Below are positions 27,978-40,299 of a DNA stretch of 64,000 nucleotides, piece by piece. Position numbers and translations under genes: made by a program. The notes beneath the pieces are model-generated. The model saw nothing but the letters and a program-made list of their open reading frames with translations, was not told the origin of the DNA and did no database searches. Numbering within the stretch: position 1 is the stretch's first letter; each line of letters begins with the position of its first letter. Where the stretch lies: the NCBI GenBank assembly GCA_964252035.1, contig OZ176209.1; one strand, given 5' to 3'. This DNA is from Podarcis erhardii (taxonomy: Eukaryota).

Positions 27978-29665
27978 ATTATTGCAGAGGATCTGGGGGC
28001 ATTTTCTTGGGAACACTACTAAAGGTTGAGGCAACCTACTACTCCCCATCAACTAAGAGTGCCCTTTGGAAAACAGACAACACTCCCCTGCAACTCCAGA
28101 TTGAGAGAGCAAATTATAGTGGTGGGCAACCTTTCAGGTAAGCTTCTTTGTCATAATTGTGCTAATCAAGGATTCCTTGCTGAAAAAATCAGCTGTGGTG
28201 GACAAGTTCTACTGGAAAGCTTGCCCATCACTGTGCTATCATTCCCTGGAACAGAGTTTGAAAACCATTGTTTAAAGGGTGTTAGAACCAGACTACAGCA
28301 TGCTTGGCATCAAGCAAAATGAGGATGTATGTGGCAACCTCTCACTTCAAATGATCCAAGGACTATGGATTAGAATCAATATTGGCTTTGGAGGTGGACA
28401 CTTGTGTTGCTGACTCCTGCCCCAACTCCCAGCCAATGGTTAAGTGCCTCATTTACAGGGATCTAAGGTAGAAATCTCAAAGAGTTTATATTGGTGGTCT
28501 GTATCGGTAGTTAAATACTCCAAATCCTATTTTTGGACGTCTATAATAAGGACCCCGTAGGGTAGAGTGGGGTGCTTCAACGGAACACAGAAGGGACCAC
28601 ACAAACAGCAACAAAAATATAAGTGTATGTATATATTTATCTATAGCCTAATGTTTCTGTATTTGAATGGTTTTTGGAAATGTCAACAAGTGATTGTTCC
28701 TATTGTGCTTACTGCTCTGAAATTCTTTGCATGACTTCTGGCATAATAAAATTCTTTAATAAGGAAGTTATCTACCGGTACATCTATATACATATATCTA
28801 TATATATTGTTAGCCTGCGAAACATTCTTGTCAGATCAGCCATGTTTTGTGCAAATTGTATATTTCTGTTGTAAGAGCACCATTGGAATTTGACTTTGAA
28901 TTAGTTGTTGGCATTAAAATATGTTTTTATGGATAATAAACTTGTCATTTAGTGTGCTGGGGCTGGCGAAATGCCACAGTCATCCTTACAATTTCACAAA
29001 GCCACTAGGAAGTGGTGAGTAAATAGGTTAGTATGTATGCAGTGATAGTCTCTTTGCACTTGGTACTGTATGTGTGCAAAGTGAGGTATATCTCTCTTGG
29101 CTTAATCAATTCTTCTCATCTTGTTTTCTCTCTTAGCCCAAATCCTCATTAAGAAGTCAAATCAGTGCAGCAGCATGCCCCCAATATTAGACAAAGGAAA
29201 TTATGTATATACTTCTGCTATTATTAATTTCTACAGTACCTTGAAGTGGGTGAAATGTTTTGCCACACAGCTTAATTTACCCTTCCAAGGCCCCTGTGAA
29301 GTAGGTTAAGGTGAGAGATGATGACTTGCCCAAAGCTGTCCAGTGAGCTTCATGCAGTGAGTTCGGATTTGAAGCTGTATCTCCTGTTAGCAAATTAAGC
29401 CTTCAGCAATGGCATCAGCCTTCACCAACGTTTCTGGAATGTGAGACAATTTGTTGATTTTGCTGTTATAGCCATTTATTTCACAGATTTCTAGCCTGCG
29501 TTTCTGGCAAAACCTCTACAGTGCGAATTACAACACACTAAATAATACAGGCTAAATAATCAGTCCATTAAGTGCCTCAATAATTAAAATAACAAATAAG
29601 ATAGCAGCATATAAAACTTCAATTCAAAGTGCAGTAACCAAGTAAGTATTTAGAACCTCCTAAAG

Positions 29666-30029
29666 GGGACGCGGGTGGCGCTGTGGGTAAAACCTCAGCG
29701 CCTAGGGCTTGCTGATCGCATGGTCGGCGGTTCGAATCCCCGCGGCGGGGTGAGCTCCCGTCTTTCGGTCCCAGCTCCTGCCCACCTAGCAGTTCGAAAG
29801 CACCCCCAAGTGCAAGTAGATAAATAGGTATCGCTTTATAGCGGGAAGGTAAACGGCGTTTCCGTGTGCTGCGCTGGTGCTGGCTCGCCATAGCAGCTTC
29901 GTCACGCTGGCCACGTGACCCGGAAGTGTCTCTGGACAGCGCTGGCCCCCGGCCTCTTAAGTGAGATGGGTGCACAACCCTAGAGTCGGACACGACTGGC
30001 CCGTACGGGCAGGGGTACCTTTACCTTTT
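29666..30029 (+). mobile_element. Sauria SINE, full length, CpG-rich (young); TSD TAAAG
   Basis: tRNA head with A box TGGCGCTGTGG and B box GTTCGAATCC, (ACCTTT)n tail; TAAAG at 29661-29665 and 30030-30034. Confidence 0.9.
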
Positions 30030-30043
30030 TAAAGGTATTGCAT

Positions 30044-30398
30044 GGGACACGGGTGGCGCTGTGGGTTAAACCACAGAGCCTAGGACTTGCCGACCAGAAG
30101 GTCGGCAGTTCAAATCCCCGCAATGGGATGAGCTCCCGTTGCTCGGTCCCTGCTCCTGCAAACCTAGCAGTTCAAAAGCACGTCAAAGTGCAAGTAGATA
30201 AATAGGTACCGCTCCGGCGGGAAGGTCAACGGCGTTTCCGTGTGCTGCTCTGGTTCGCCAGAAGCGGCTTAGTCATGTTGGCCACATGACCCAGAAGCTG
30301 TATGGCGGCTCCCTTGGCCAATAAAGTGAGATGAGCGCCGCAACCCCAGTGTCGGTCACGACTGGACCTAATGGTCAGGGGTCCCTTTACCTTTACCC
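30044..30398 (+). mobile_element. Sauria SINE, second subfamily variant; 15-bp TSD TTAAAGGTATTGCAT
   Basis: Same architecture; TSD at 30029-30043 and 30399-30413. Confidence 0.92.
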
Positions 30399-30989
30399 TT
30401 AAAGGTATTGCATACATGGAAAGGGCTATACAGTACTAACTTCCCAGGGCAGTTTCCCAAAGATGTGGGGCCACAAACGTTTCAAGACTTATCTTAAAAT
30501 ATGCAGATTTGGGGGGGGGGGGCGAGAGGACATGACATGTTGATTTTCTGTCTGTCATTCAACTGTGCTAAGAGACACAAAACCTCCATGGGGGAGAGGT
30601 CTGGAACCCTAGATGTTTGTCTGACTCATACATTAAACTACCCTCACCATAGTGCTCTTCAGATCCGCCACAGATTACCCCCACCCGCCTGAAGATGGCA
30701 AAATTGCCACTAGAGAATCGGGAAGAGCGACTCTGTATGTGTGTATGTTTACCTGGAATTAAATCATGTTGAGTTCAATGCTCCTTGCTTCCTAATAAAT
30801 GCGCAAGGGAGATACGGTAAACCTGTAATCCTTCGGGGATTTTTTATATTATATTAATATGCATAGGTAATAGAATTATACTGTATGTACACACGTGTGT
30901 GTATTTATGTAATTGCCGGACCACAACTCCCATCACTCCTCACGATCGGCCATGCTGACTGGGGCTGATGGGAATTGGAGTCCATCAGA

Positions 30990-31760
30990 GCAACACCCCC
31001 CTCTCGCTCCCCACCTCAGCGTCGCCTCACAAAACGAAAGAACCGGAGTGACGCAAGCACAGCTCGTGCCCTATCAGCAACTGCCCCACTCCTTCCATAG
31101 CGTCTGCGGGTGACGTTGCAAGAGTGGGAGGGGCCGGCGTCACCCCGCCCACGAGAGAGGGAGGAGCTGGGAGGGTGAAGGAATCTGCGTCTCGGGTGCT
31201 TGGCGCGTACTGATGACATCAAGGCCTTTAGCTAAGGCCCTCTCCTGCCGGAGAAAGCGATAGGTCGTGCGCCTGCCGTAATGATGGGAACGCCGGCAGC
31301 TGATAGGGTGGAGGCGGAACGGGAGGCGGGGCGAAGCGGGCCCTTGCCGGAAAAAGCTCGCGCGTGTCCAAGCGGGGGACGGTTCCTACGGGGTCGCGTG
31401 GCTTCTCCCTTTCGCCAGCTGAGGCCATGAGCTGCCCCGTCACCTGCGCTGCTTGGGTTCCTCGCGGCGTCGCCAAGGAGACGCCCGACAAGGTGAGCGT
31501 GGAAGCGGCAAGCGGCTTTCCTGCCTGGCACCAGCTGCCTCTGAGCGTCTCTCTCGTTAGTCCGAAGCGGCAGCGGTGCAACCACTTACAGGGCTACCAA
31601 TGCAGCGAGGGAGCTTTATCAGTGCTCAGGCAGGAAAATGGTCGAGAGAGAGGGCGAAGCCAGTTCTGGTCTGCAGTTTGTAACAGCAGCAGCGCTGTGG
31701 AATTTTTCAGCGCAAGTCCTGCACGAGTCTGTTCAGTAATAAGACCGTCGAGCTAAGCAG
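30990..31760. promoter_or_regulatory. CpG-island promoter of PWP1 (GC box near 31321-31333, ETS-like ccggaa at 31347, CRE-like tgacgt near 31112; E-box cacgtg just upstream at 30892)
   Basis: Sharp rise in GC content and CpG density around exon 1 compared with the AT-rich flanks. Confidence 0.85.
31427..31492 (+). CDS. PWP1: PWP1 exon 1 (MSCPVTCAAWVPRGVAKETPDK)
   Basis: gccATGa in a CpG island; AAG|gtgagc; 66 nt. Confidence 0.94.
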
Positions 31761-32618
31761 GGCTTACTCCCAGGTGTGTGTGTTTGTATTGGGAGCTTAA
31801 GTAGGCTTGGGCGTGTTAAAGTGTCGGAAAGGGTGTTGGATGGCAACAAAGACCGTACGAATAGAGAAGCCATATCTCCTGTCTCCTGGAAAATATAAAA
31901 GGCAACATTTATTAGGATCTGCTTCTTGGATTGTAGTGCCCTCCCGGTGAGACATGTCCTGATTAATACATTGTGGTATATATTATTATACAATGTTTAT
32001 ATCCTGCCTTTCATTCTAAAGTTTATAACGTGACTTAGAACAACTTCTGTTTTCATGTAAAATCAATCTAAACCCCAGCAAGGGAATAGTCATAAAAAAA
32101 CCTGTTGCCTCTTTTTCTTTTGCCCCTAATGGAGCCATGTTGCTACTTTTACCATTTTTGCCCCTTTTCTTTTGTGTAACATCCCTCACCCACCAAGCCT
32201 TGGCCCAGTATTTACTTGTAGCATTCAGCAGCCTTCTTGGTTTTGCTTGAGGATTGCTGATGGAGCCTTCTTTGAGAAGTCTCTAGTCATAATGAAAAGT
32301 TGCATAGAATGTGGATACCTGTTACTTTGGGACACTCCGATTCCAGCTTGTCCACCCAGTGCCTCTCATTGTTGAAAATATTGTTCTAAGGTTACTGCAC
32401 AGCTGCGTGGTGTTATTGATGATCAGTTTGCATTTGTTTTCAATGGCTTATTTGATTGGGCTGAATAAAAGCATACTTTTTAAGAAGTCAAGGATGCTAC
32501 TGTCTGCTAGACTGTGTTGATAGAACTTCTTTACAAACCTATTCAAATGTCCTTTTAAAGAAAAACTACCTGACATGAATTAAATTGTAATTCTGTATTC
32601 TGTGCGTCCACTTTGCAG

Positions 32619-32677
32619 GTTCATCTTGAAACAGATGAATTGAAACGCTTGGTCTCTGAAGCCAAAGAGAGACTGCA
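32619..32677 (+). CDS. PWP1: PWP1 exon 2 (VHLETDELKRLVSEAKERLQ)
   Basis: ttgcag|GTT ... CTGCA|gtaagt; 59 nt. Confidence 0.94.
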
Positions 32678-33027
32678 GTAAGTCTTTGTAATATTGAAGC
32701 AGAAATTCGGGAAAAGTTAATATATTGTAGGCCATATCTATGTGAAGGTTTAATTTGTTGCAAAACCCCTGGTGTTTTTAATCCTAGACAGGTTAATCTA
32801 GGAACTCGGCTGGATTTGTAAAGAAAAAGCGTTTTATATGTGTTGTATATATGATATAACACTGTGACATCAGGTGACGCTGTGGAGTCCTGTCTTTCCC
32901 TACCAGATTTCCCTATATGAGTTTGTAATACGTTTAACTGAATCGCTGCTTTGATGTGCCTAGATAAACTGTAAATTTACCTCATTCCAGCACCTGTCAG
33001 GTGGACAGGTTAACAGAGTGAGTTGAA

Positions 33028-33265
33028 TAAGAACGTAATAAGAGCTTGCTGGATCAGACCAGTGACCCAACTAATCCAGTATCCTGTTCTCACTGTGGCC
33101 AACCAGATGCCGGTGAGAAACCTCCAAGCAGCAACTGAGCACATGAGCCTTCTTCCCTGCCGTGGTCTCTAGAAACTGGTATTCAGAAGCATTACTGCTT
33201 CCAGCTGTGGGGGCAGAACATAGCCTTCATGGCTGGTAGCCATTGACATCTTATTCTACATGAAT
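33028..33265 (-). mobile_element. CR1 LINE 3' end fragment
   Basis: taagaacgtaataagagcttgctggatcagacc...tagtccag-type reverse complement of the CR1 tail. Confidence 0.7.
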
Positions 33266-34051
33266 GGTGAAGAAGCATAGAATTGTATAAGCAAGAATAT
33301 AAAAGAAAACCGTTTCTTGTGTATTTTTAGGTTTGTTCTCTGTTACACCTTTGCTTGCACATGTTCAAAAGACATAATAATTTTAAAAGATTATTGCTCA
33401 TGTGTTACATTTTTGTACTTGATTTCCGCAGAACATCTCTCAGCCCAGGATAGGAAAATAATACTGTCTTCTGCATCTGCAGGAGTAAACCTGCCAAGAG
33501 CAAGGATATGAATGTTAACTTTCACATCCCTGCTTTGTAACTTTTTTGGTCCATAAAGGAAGCAAAACATTTGAAAATAGTATGGGAGGGGAATAAAATA
33601 AAGCTGCACAAGCTGAGCATGCCACTGTGTATAAGGTCATAGTGAACCTATGAACTTGAGTGAGGAGGTGGCTTATATGGAGGGTATTTGGTTCAGTTTA
33701 GGTGCACACAGGTTCCCTCATGTTAGGAGAAGAGTAAAAGCTGCAGCTTTGGCACTGCGATGTGTGGCCTGTTCATTTCTGCCATTAAGGTGGTTGCTGC
33801 TGCTACTCAGTACTAATACACCAGTGAACCTCAAGGAAGCAGGTGTGAGACTTACAACTGAATCCTTTCCATATGAATGCTTACTTGGGAGAACATTGCA
33901 CTGAGTTCAATGCGATTTGCTCCACAAGAAGTGTGTTTAAGACTTGCAAAGTCAGTGGCAAAGAAGTGATATGGAATTGTGTCTTAGTGATTAAAAACTA
34001 AGTTGTGACATTCAGTTGTGCAAAGTATGTTGTACTTTTTCTTACATAAAG

Positions 34052-34227
34052 AGATGCTAGTGGTGATGATGATGATGAGGAAGAGGCTTCAGGAGGCACC
34101 ATGGATGTTGCTGATGCTGAGGCAACTAGCTCAGCTCCCAACGATGAGGACCATGAAGAAAATGAAAAGCTGGATGACGATGAACTGGCAGAATATGACC
34201 TGGATAATTATGATGAGGAAGATGAAG
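34052..34227 (+). CDS. PWP1: PWP1 exon 3, acidic region (DASGDDDDEEE...LDDDELAEYDLDNYDEEDE)
   Basis: ataaag|A ... GAAG|gtaaca; 176 nt. An alternative in-frame acceptor 9 nt downstream is possible. Confidence 0.9.
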
Positions 34228-35254
34228 GTAACATTAGACTTGTTTCTGTGTTTCCTACCATCCACCAGCAAATTCTTCACAAGATGTTGTAATATGTTTG
34301 CTCTGAGTATTGGAAGATAGATCACAAAGGGTCAGTGTTGCAAAGGAAAGAGTATAGAGTTGAAAACACCTCACAGGAATTAGTACTTTTTTAGGAAGTC
34401 AAGGGAAATGGATTTATACATTTTATGGGCAAGGAGCTTCATTTGAAGTGCCACTTGACTTTCATCTGTTTTTGATAATGCAAAGGAGGTTTGGGCTTCA
34501 CAGGGTTTGGAAGATCAGAAAGGGCTTCGTGGACAGGATAATCTGCCTTGGGGAAGGATCCTCCAGTCCCAGGATCCAAAAACTAAGAATCTATCTGGGA
34601 ATAAGGCACATTGAACTAAATGGGACTTATTTCTGAAGGCATGTATATGATTACATTTCAAAACTCTTACCACTAAGCCTGTCAATTATTTAAACCCCGA
34701 GAGCGGAGGAAAACTTGATCCACCAAATCTTTTTAAAAAGCAATCACTCTTCCCCATTAGGACAGGATGTGGAAAATTTCTAATAAATAGTGAAAAAAAG
34801 CTACTGCAACTGAAGCACCAGAATAAAAATAACTAGGTATCCATTATCAATTTATTCGGTTTGGACTTGAACCCAGATGCTCTGTGCTCTAAACACTTTT
34901 TTTGTAGCTAGATGTCCCTGCAATAGGTGGATATTTTCTCCTCTTTACACTTTAATTGGTTCATAGTAAATATATTTCAGTGAATTTTCATTAAGCTCCA
35001 GCTTTTAAAGCCTTGTGGTGAAGGAGAGCTGTGCTTTTTTTGCTAAAATGTTGTTTTTTTAAAGGCAGACAGTTTTATGACAATTCAAATAGCATTTGAT
35101 TGTTCCATCATAAAACCTTTTATGTTCTCTCTTGTGCTTCATTTTGACCAATAATTTTACTAAGGAAACTGTTGCTTGCTAAGGTTTCACTTTGATGTAA
35201 GTTTGACTTACTTAGCACAATCTGCCATGTGAAATTTTGAATATTCTTTTACAG

Positions 35255-35340
35255 GCACTGAGAGTCTTGGAAAGACCCTAGCAGGTCTCACAGTGTATGG
35301 AAGCAATGAAAATGATCCTTACGTCACTCTTAAAAATACA
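35255..35340 (+). CDS. PWP1: PWP1 exon 4 ([28 protein letters not shown])
   Basis: ttacag|GC ... ACA|gtgagt; 86 nt. Confidence 0.95.
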
Positions 35341-35776
35341 GTGAGTACTTTTGTTGAACAAAAGTGGAAGCAAAACCTTCTAAACTCCTCCTAGCTGTTT
35401 GATCTATTCACATCATGCAGTGATACCCTTAGGGTTACAAGTGCATGTAGCCTGCATATTTGTGTATTGGGTTTTGTCTTACTTCATATGGTGTCTAGTT
35501 ATTTAACCCACGTCCCTTGTTACAGAAATATTTAAATTTATAAAGAATTAGTTGAGTTTGTTCCTTCACTTATAAGTATAGCCTCATTTGGAACTCCTGA
35601 CACTCAAGACCAGCTTTTTGAGGTGGCTGATTTCTCACCTTCATTTGTATTCTGTGTTCAGGGTTCCTTAAATTGACGTCTGTTGATGGTTTTCTCTAAG
35701 TGTGAAGTTAGAGTGATGGTCTTCTGGTCCTTTTCAACACTGTGACTTACTTTAATCTGACTGCATTTCCTGCTTA

Positions 35777-36128
35777 AAGTAAAGATACCCCTGACCGTTA
35801 GGTCCAGTCACGGACGACTCTGGGGTTTGCGTGCTCATCTCGCTCTATAGGCTGAGGGACCAGGCATTTGTCCGCAGACAGCTTCCGGGTCATGTGGCCA
35901 GCATGACAAAGCCGCTTCTGGCAAACCAGAGCAGCGCACAGAAACGCTGTTTACCTTCCCACCAGAGTGGTACCTATTTATCTACTTGCACTTTGACATG
36001 CTTTTGAACTGCTAGGTGGACAGGAGCTGGGACCGAACAATGGGATCTCACCCCGTAGCGGGGGGGTTTGAACTGACAACCTTCCGATCGGCAAGCCCTA
36101 GGCTCTGTGGTTTAGATCACCTGTGTCC
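35777..36128 (-). mobile_element. Sauria SINE, antisense in PWP1 intron 4; 16-bp TSD
   Basis: Reverse complement of the 30044 copy type; CTGCATTTCCTRCTTA at 35761-35776 and 36129-36144 (one mismatch). Confidence 0.9.
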
Positions 36129-37018
36129 CTGCATTTCCTACTTATTTGGGTCTAAATCCCAGTGAAGTCAGTCAATCAGGAAATCCCACTAACCACGCAT
36201 ATTAAATTTATATACTGCTCTTCATCGCATAATAAAAGCAAGGCAAACACACGCATGTGCATGCACACACAAAGAATCATATTTTTGTATGATTCTTTGA
36301 CAGTTTTGTCTGAAGGCATTCTGCTTTATCCTCTGGGAGGCTAGGAGTGAGGTGGATTATCTTGCTACTCTTTTTGTATGCTCTGTGGTGGTGCTGTTCT
36401 GAAATAGGGGGAAGAGGAAGGGATGGCGGGGATGAAATGTAATGGTGCATCTTGACTTTATTATGATGAAATGCATATCTAATCTGTATATGTAGTAATT
36501 TTGTTAGGTATGTGATAATCACAACGATATTACTTGAGGTTTCAGTTTTGGGCACTGATATCCCAGTTCTTCCTGCTAATCTTCAAGCTCTTTCTGAATG
36601 TTTAGACTGCAATCCTAACCCCACTTACTTGTGGGTAAGGCCCATTGTATTCATTAGGACTTAAATCTGAGAGAGCATGGTTAGGATTGCACCCTTATTT
36701 ATCCCATCAGGCACAGTGCTATTTTTGAATGCTTATTGACCCCTATATTCATAGAAGCTTAAGCTGATATCCAAAGAATCAAGCCACTAATTTAGTGCCC
36801 AAAGCAATTGAGATTTTGTTCCCTTGGGCAGCAGTTCACTATCACATGGCAACTGATTTTGAAACAGTGGGGAATTTCAAGAGTAAGTAGTTATGTGGAA
36901 GGGGAAGTGGGTGGGGGCATACTGGTCATTCCCAAGTGTTTGAACGCACCTAAAATAGCCTTTTATTCTGACCATTGTGTACAGCAATGTTCTAACACTA
37001 CTGAGCATTCTCTTTTAG

Positions 37019-37115
37019 GAGCAATATGAGCATGAAGACTTCATGATTAAGCCCAGTGACAACTTTGTCGTTTGTGGCAGAGTTGATAAGGACCACTGCA
37101 GTCTAGAAGTTCACG
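37019..37115 (+). CDS. PWP1: PWP1 exon 5 ([32 protein letters not shown])
   Basis: ttttag|GAG ... CACG|gtgggt; 97 nt. Confidence 0.95.
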
Positions 37116-37256
37116 GTGGGTAAAGCCGCCTTGCTTTTAATACAGTGATAACAAATATTTGGTTTATCTGGTATTACGGTCAACTGCTTCTTTCGCCTAT
37201 TGATTTCCATCATTTGAAAACGAGTTAACTTCAGACATTGCCTTTTACAGTTGCAG

Positions 37257-37557
37257 CAGGGCTAGGGAATGTTTTTGGCTTGGTGGGCCAGATCCGCATC
37301 TGTTCCCACCCTTGCGAGCTGACTTTGGCAGATGAGAATCGCCTAATGTCCTCATGAGTCAGGGTGGTTGATGGGTTGGAGTCTGCAGACCAACCGTCAG
37401 AGTCCAGCGAGAGAGGTGTTTCCTTGCAGCTCAGGATACTCTGATGTCCAAACCCATTTGGCATGAACCACAGAGTGGATCCATCTCTTCTTTCTAGCTG
37501 CAGTTGCCAGAGGAATCTTCCTTTGAGGAATCCTGGTCTAGGGCCACAACGCCCCTG
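37257..37557. mobile_element. Old non-autonomous hAT element, ~300 bp
   Basis: cagggctagggaa...gggccagatcc / gggccacaacgcccctg; degenerate 8-bp TSD agttgcag/agttgtta. Confidence 0.55.
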
Positions 37558-37987
37558 AGTTGTTATCTTTCGCCTTTGCTTGCACTGTTGTTTGCCCAAT
37601 GTGTTTCTTGTTCGGGGTGGTTAAACTTACTAAATGCATAAGACAAACTGTTGCTGCTGACAACTCAACTTTGTGTCTCGCTAACGACACTAGGAGACTT
37701 TGTCAGCAACTCTGCAATACATCAGTTTCCCCCTCCTCCTACAAGGGACTATAGAAAGAGGGAACTTGTCAGGCCACAGTTCATGCCTGTCAGGCTTTAG
37801 TTGAAAATTGTGTGGGCCTGACCTAAAGAAATTATACTGTGGTGCTGAAGGATCTTGCAAAGTGCTTTCACATACCTAACATTTGGTGTTTTCAGTACTT
37901 GGTGCACACGGGCATAACTGCATGTTTGGTTCATATTCAAGGCTCTGCTTTGTTAACCAGTCTACTTTTTTTTTTCTCCACAAGAGG

Positions 37988-37990
<3 letters not shown>

Positions 37991-38037
<47 letters not shown>
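37991..38037. repeat. (TTA)~15 microsatellite
   Basis: Read directly; it produces the poly-Y and poly-L ORF artefacts. Confidence 0.97.
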
Positions 38038-38257
38038 TATTAATATTATCTTTAAGCAACATACTTATGAAAGCTTTCCCAGCAGAATGGTCTCTACCAT
38101 GGGTGTTTCTCTTTCATTTGCTGCTGTTTTCTGTGTTTTTAGCTGTTATTTAAAGGTGTTTTTTATCATATTGTGTGTCACCTTGACACATGTCGAAGAA
38201 GTTTAAGATGATATTATCAACAAAAAGTATATAAATTACAAAATTTTATTCATACAG

Positions 38258-38368
38258 TTTATAACCATGAAGAGGACTCGTTTTACGTCCATCATGATAT
38301 CCTCTTATCAGCATATCCTTTGAGTGCAGAATGGCTGAACTTTGATCCTAACCCAGAGGATTCTGCAG
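38258..38368 (+). CDS. PWP1: PWP1 exon 6 ([36 protein letters not shown])
   Basis: atacag|TT ... GCAG|gtaagt; 111 nt. Confidence 0.96.
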
Positions 38369-39454
38369 GTAAGTTAATTGCAAGATTTTTCTAAATTCCA
38401 TTTGGTGCTTTTTGGGTAGAAGTTTTGGCACATCCAGCCAGCACACATCCCTGTCTCTCCCCCCCCCCCAAAAAAATCTTGTTTTAAAAGACTAACGGCT
38501 CAGGAATTGTATTTATTTATACATTTCTATACCATCCTTCAACATGCAGTCACCATGCGGTGTACAGCATATTAAAACACACTGGAACAAATCCTAAAGG
38601 AAAAAATATGCAGTAAATGCAAGATAAAATAAAATAGAGGGTGCAATTTCAGACAGAGTATACAGCTCTTTACCTCCCAAAGCCTATTGAAAGAGGAATA
38701 TCTTCACCTTCCTTCTAAAAGAGTACAATGCTGAGGTATGTTGCATCTTAGTGGGGAGACTGTTCCATAGTTTAGATCTGCCAGTAAAAAAGCCCTATTA
38801 TGCACCCCTATACTGCTGATACGGTCCCTCATTTTTTATCTTGTGCAAGCTTGATAACTGCTACTTATTTTGTTCTGAGAATTTCTGATAATTCTTCCAA
38901 ATAGCTTTTAAATGTGTGATTTTTCACCTTATATTTATATTGAGAAATGTGTGCTGGATTTGGATGTAGGCAACCTAGGTTCAGATTTCCAATTGCCTGT
39001 GAAGTTCGCTAAGTGTCTTTTGGCAGATTATTGTGTCTCTGAAGGCATGCAGGATACAAAGACAGTGATTAAAATCCCACTCTGTCTCACAGCACATTTT
39101 AATTGAAATATATTATGACAATGCTATAGGGCTGGGGAACATGTGTATGTTATATATGTGCATATTTGGTGGTATATAATATGTGTGTGTGCCACAGAAA
39201 AATGAACAAGTATCTTTATTTTCAATGAGAAGTGGTTTATTTACTTAGACATTTGTATCCTACTTACCTATAGTAAAATCAATCTCAAGACAGCGTACCA
39301 ATAGAAATCTAACATTGTGAATTCATGAGATGACCTGATTTAAAAATTGCAATCCTATTGAGGTAGTTCCATGAGGAAATAGCAGACACCAGCAATGTGT
39401 TAAAAATGTGCAGGATTCATGAAGTAATTCCTGATTATCTTGGGTATTCATCAG

Positions 39455-39585
39455 GGAATTATGTTGCCGTGGGCACAATGAGTCCTGTTATTGAAGTGTG
39501 GGACCTTGACGTAGTGGATAGTTTAGAGCCAGTCTTTTCCCTCGGAAGCAAGAAAGCAAAAACGAAGAAGAAGAAAGGGAAAAAG
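39455..39585 (+). CDS. PWP1: PWP1 exon 7 ([43 protein letters not shown]; basic NLS-like tail)
   Basis: catcag|GG ... AAG|gtaagt; 131 nt. Confidence 0.96.
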
Positions 39586-39881
39586 GTAAGTAAGCTGACT
39601 TTATTATCAATATCATAGTCAGTAGTAACCTTTTGGGATGAAGGCCAAAAAGAGCTGCTCACTTTCTGTGCTTACACATTGCATTTTCAAACCACTGGAT
39701 ATATTTGTTATTTACAGACCCGCCAGGAAGTGGTTTTGTTTCTTTTGGAAACAGTTTACAGATACCCAAGGAGGGGAGGAATTGATTGATCATGTTTGGA
39801 ACTCAGTATTGGAGAATTGTCGTAACTCATTAGGAGTGTCTCTATGCATAGGTCTGAACAGAGAGAGGTAACTTGGATTTA

Positions 39882-40299
39882 CCGTATTTTTCGCCCCATA
39901 GGGCGCACCGCCCCATAGGACGCACCTAGTTTTTTTGGGGGGGGTAAATAAAGGAAAAAAATTATTTCCCCCCCAGGGGTGGGGCTGGCGCGGGGGAAGC
40001 CCGAGCTTCCCCCGACCCCAGCCCCAAGAACAGCCTGCTATTCAGCCTGCGGGAAGTCGCGCCGGTCTCCCCAGGCTTGCGGAGAGCTGTGCGAAGCCCG
40101 GGCATGCTCTTCAGCGTGCCCCAGGCTTTGGAATGCAGGCAGCTCTGCGCAGCCCTCGGGAGCCCGGCACGACTTCGCACCGGGCTCCCTATGGCTGCAC
40201 AGAGCTTCCTGAAGCCTGCATTTGCCCCATAGGACGCACACACATTTTCCCTTCATTTTTGGAGGGGAAAAAGTGCGTCCTATAGGGCGAAAAATACGG
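39882..40299. mobile_element. Tc1/mariner-pogo-like MITE, 418 bp, TIR CCGTATTTTTCGCCC, TA TSD, GC-rich interior
   Basis: ta|ccgtatttttcgccccatag ... ctatagggcgaaaaatacgg|ta. Confidence 0.85.

Noticed and set aside
31016-31756. Several overlapping 68-130 aa ORFs on both strands
   Set aside because: Stop-poor GC-rich CpG island; only 31427-31492 matches PWP1.
34018-34320. 100-aa ORF with poly-Met
   Set aside because: Alternative frame of the GAT-rich acidic PWP1 exon 3.
36463-36558. C/D box snoRNA (ATGATGA ... CTGA) in PWP1 intron 4
   Set aside because: No terminal stem, no convincing D' box, about 460 nt from the acceptor, and no rRNA guide that I could recognise; a snoscan run would settle it.
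37839-38206. ORFs with poly-Tyr and poly-Leu
   Set aside because: Translation artefacts of the (TTA)n microsatellite.
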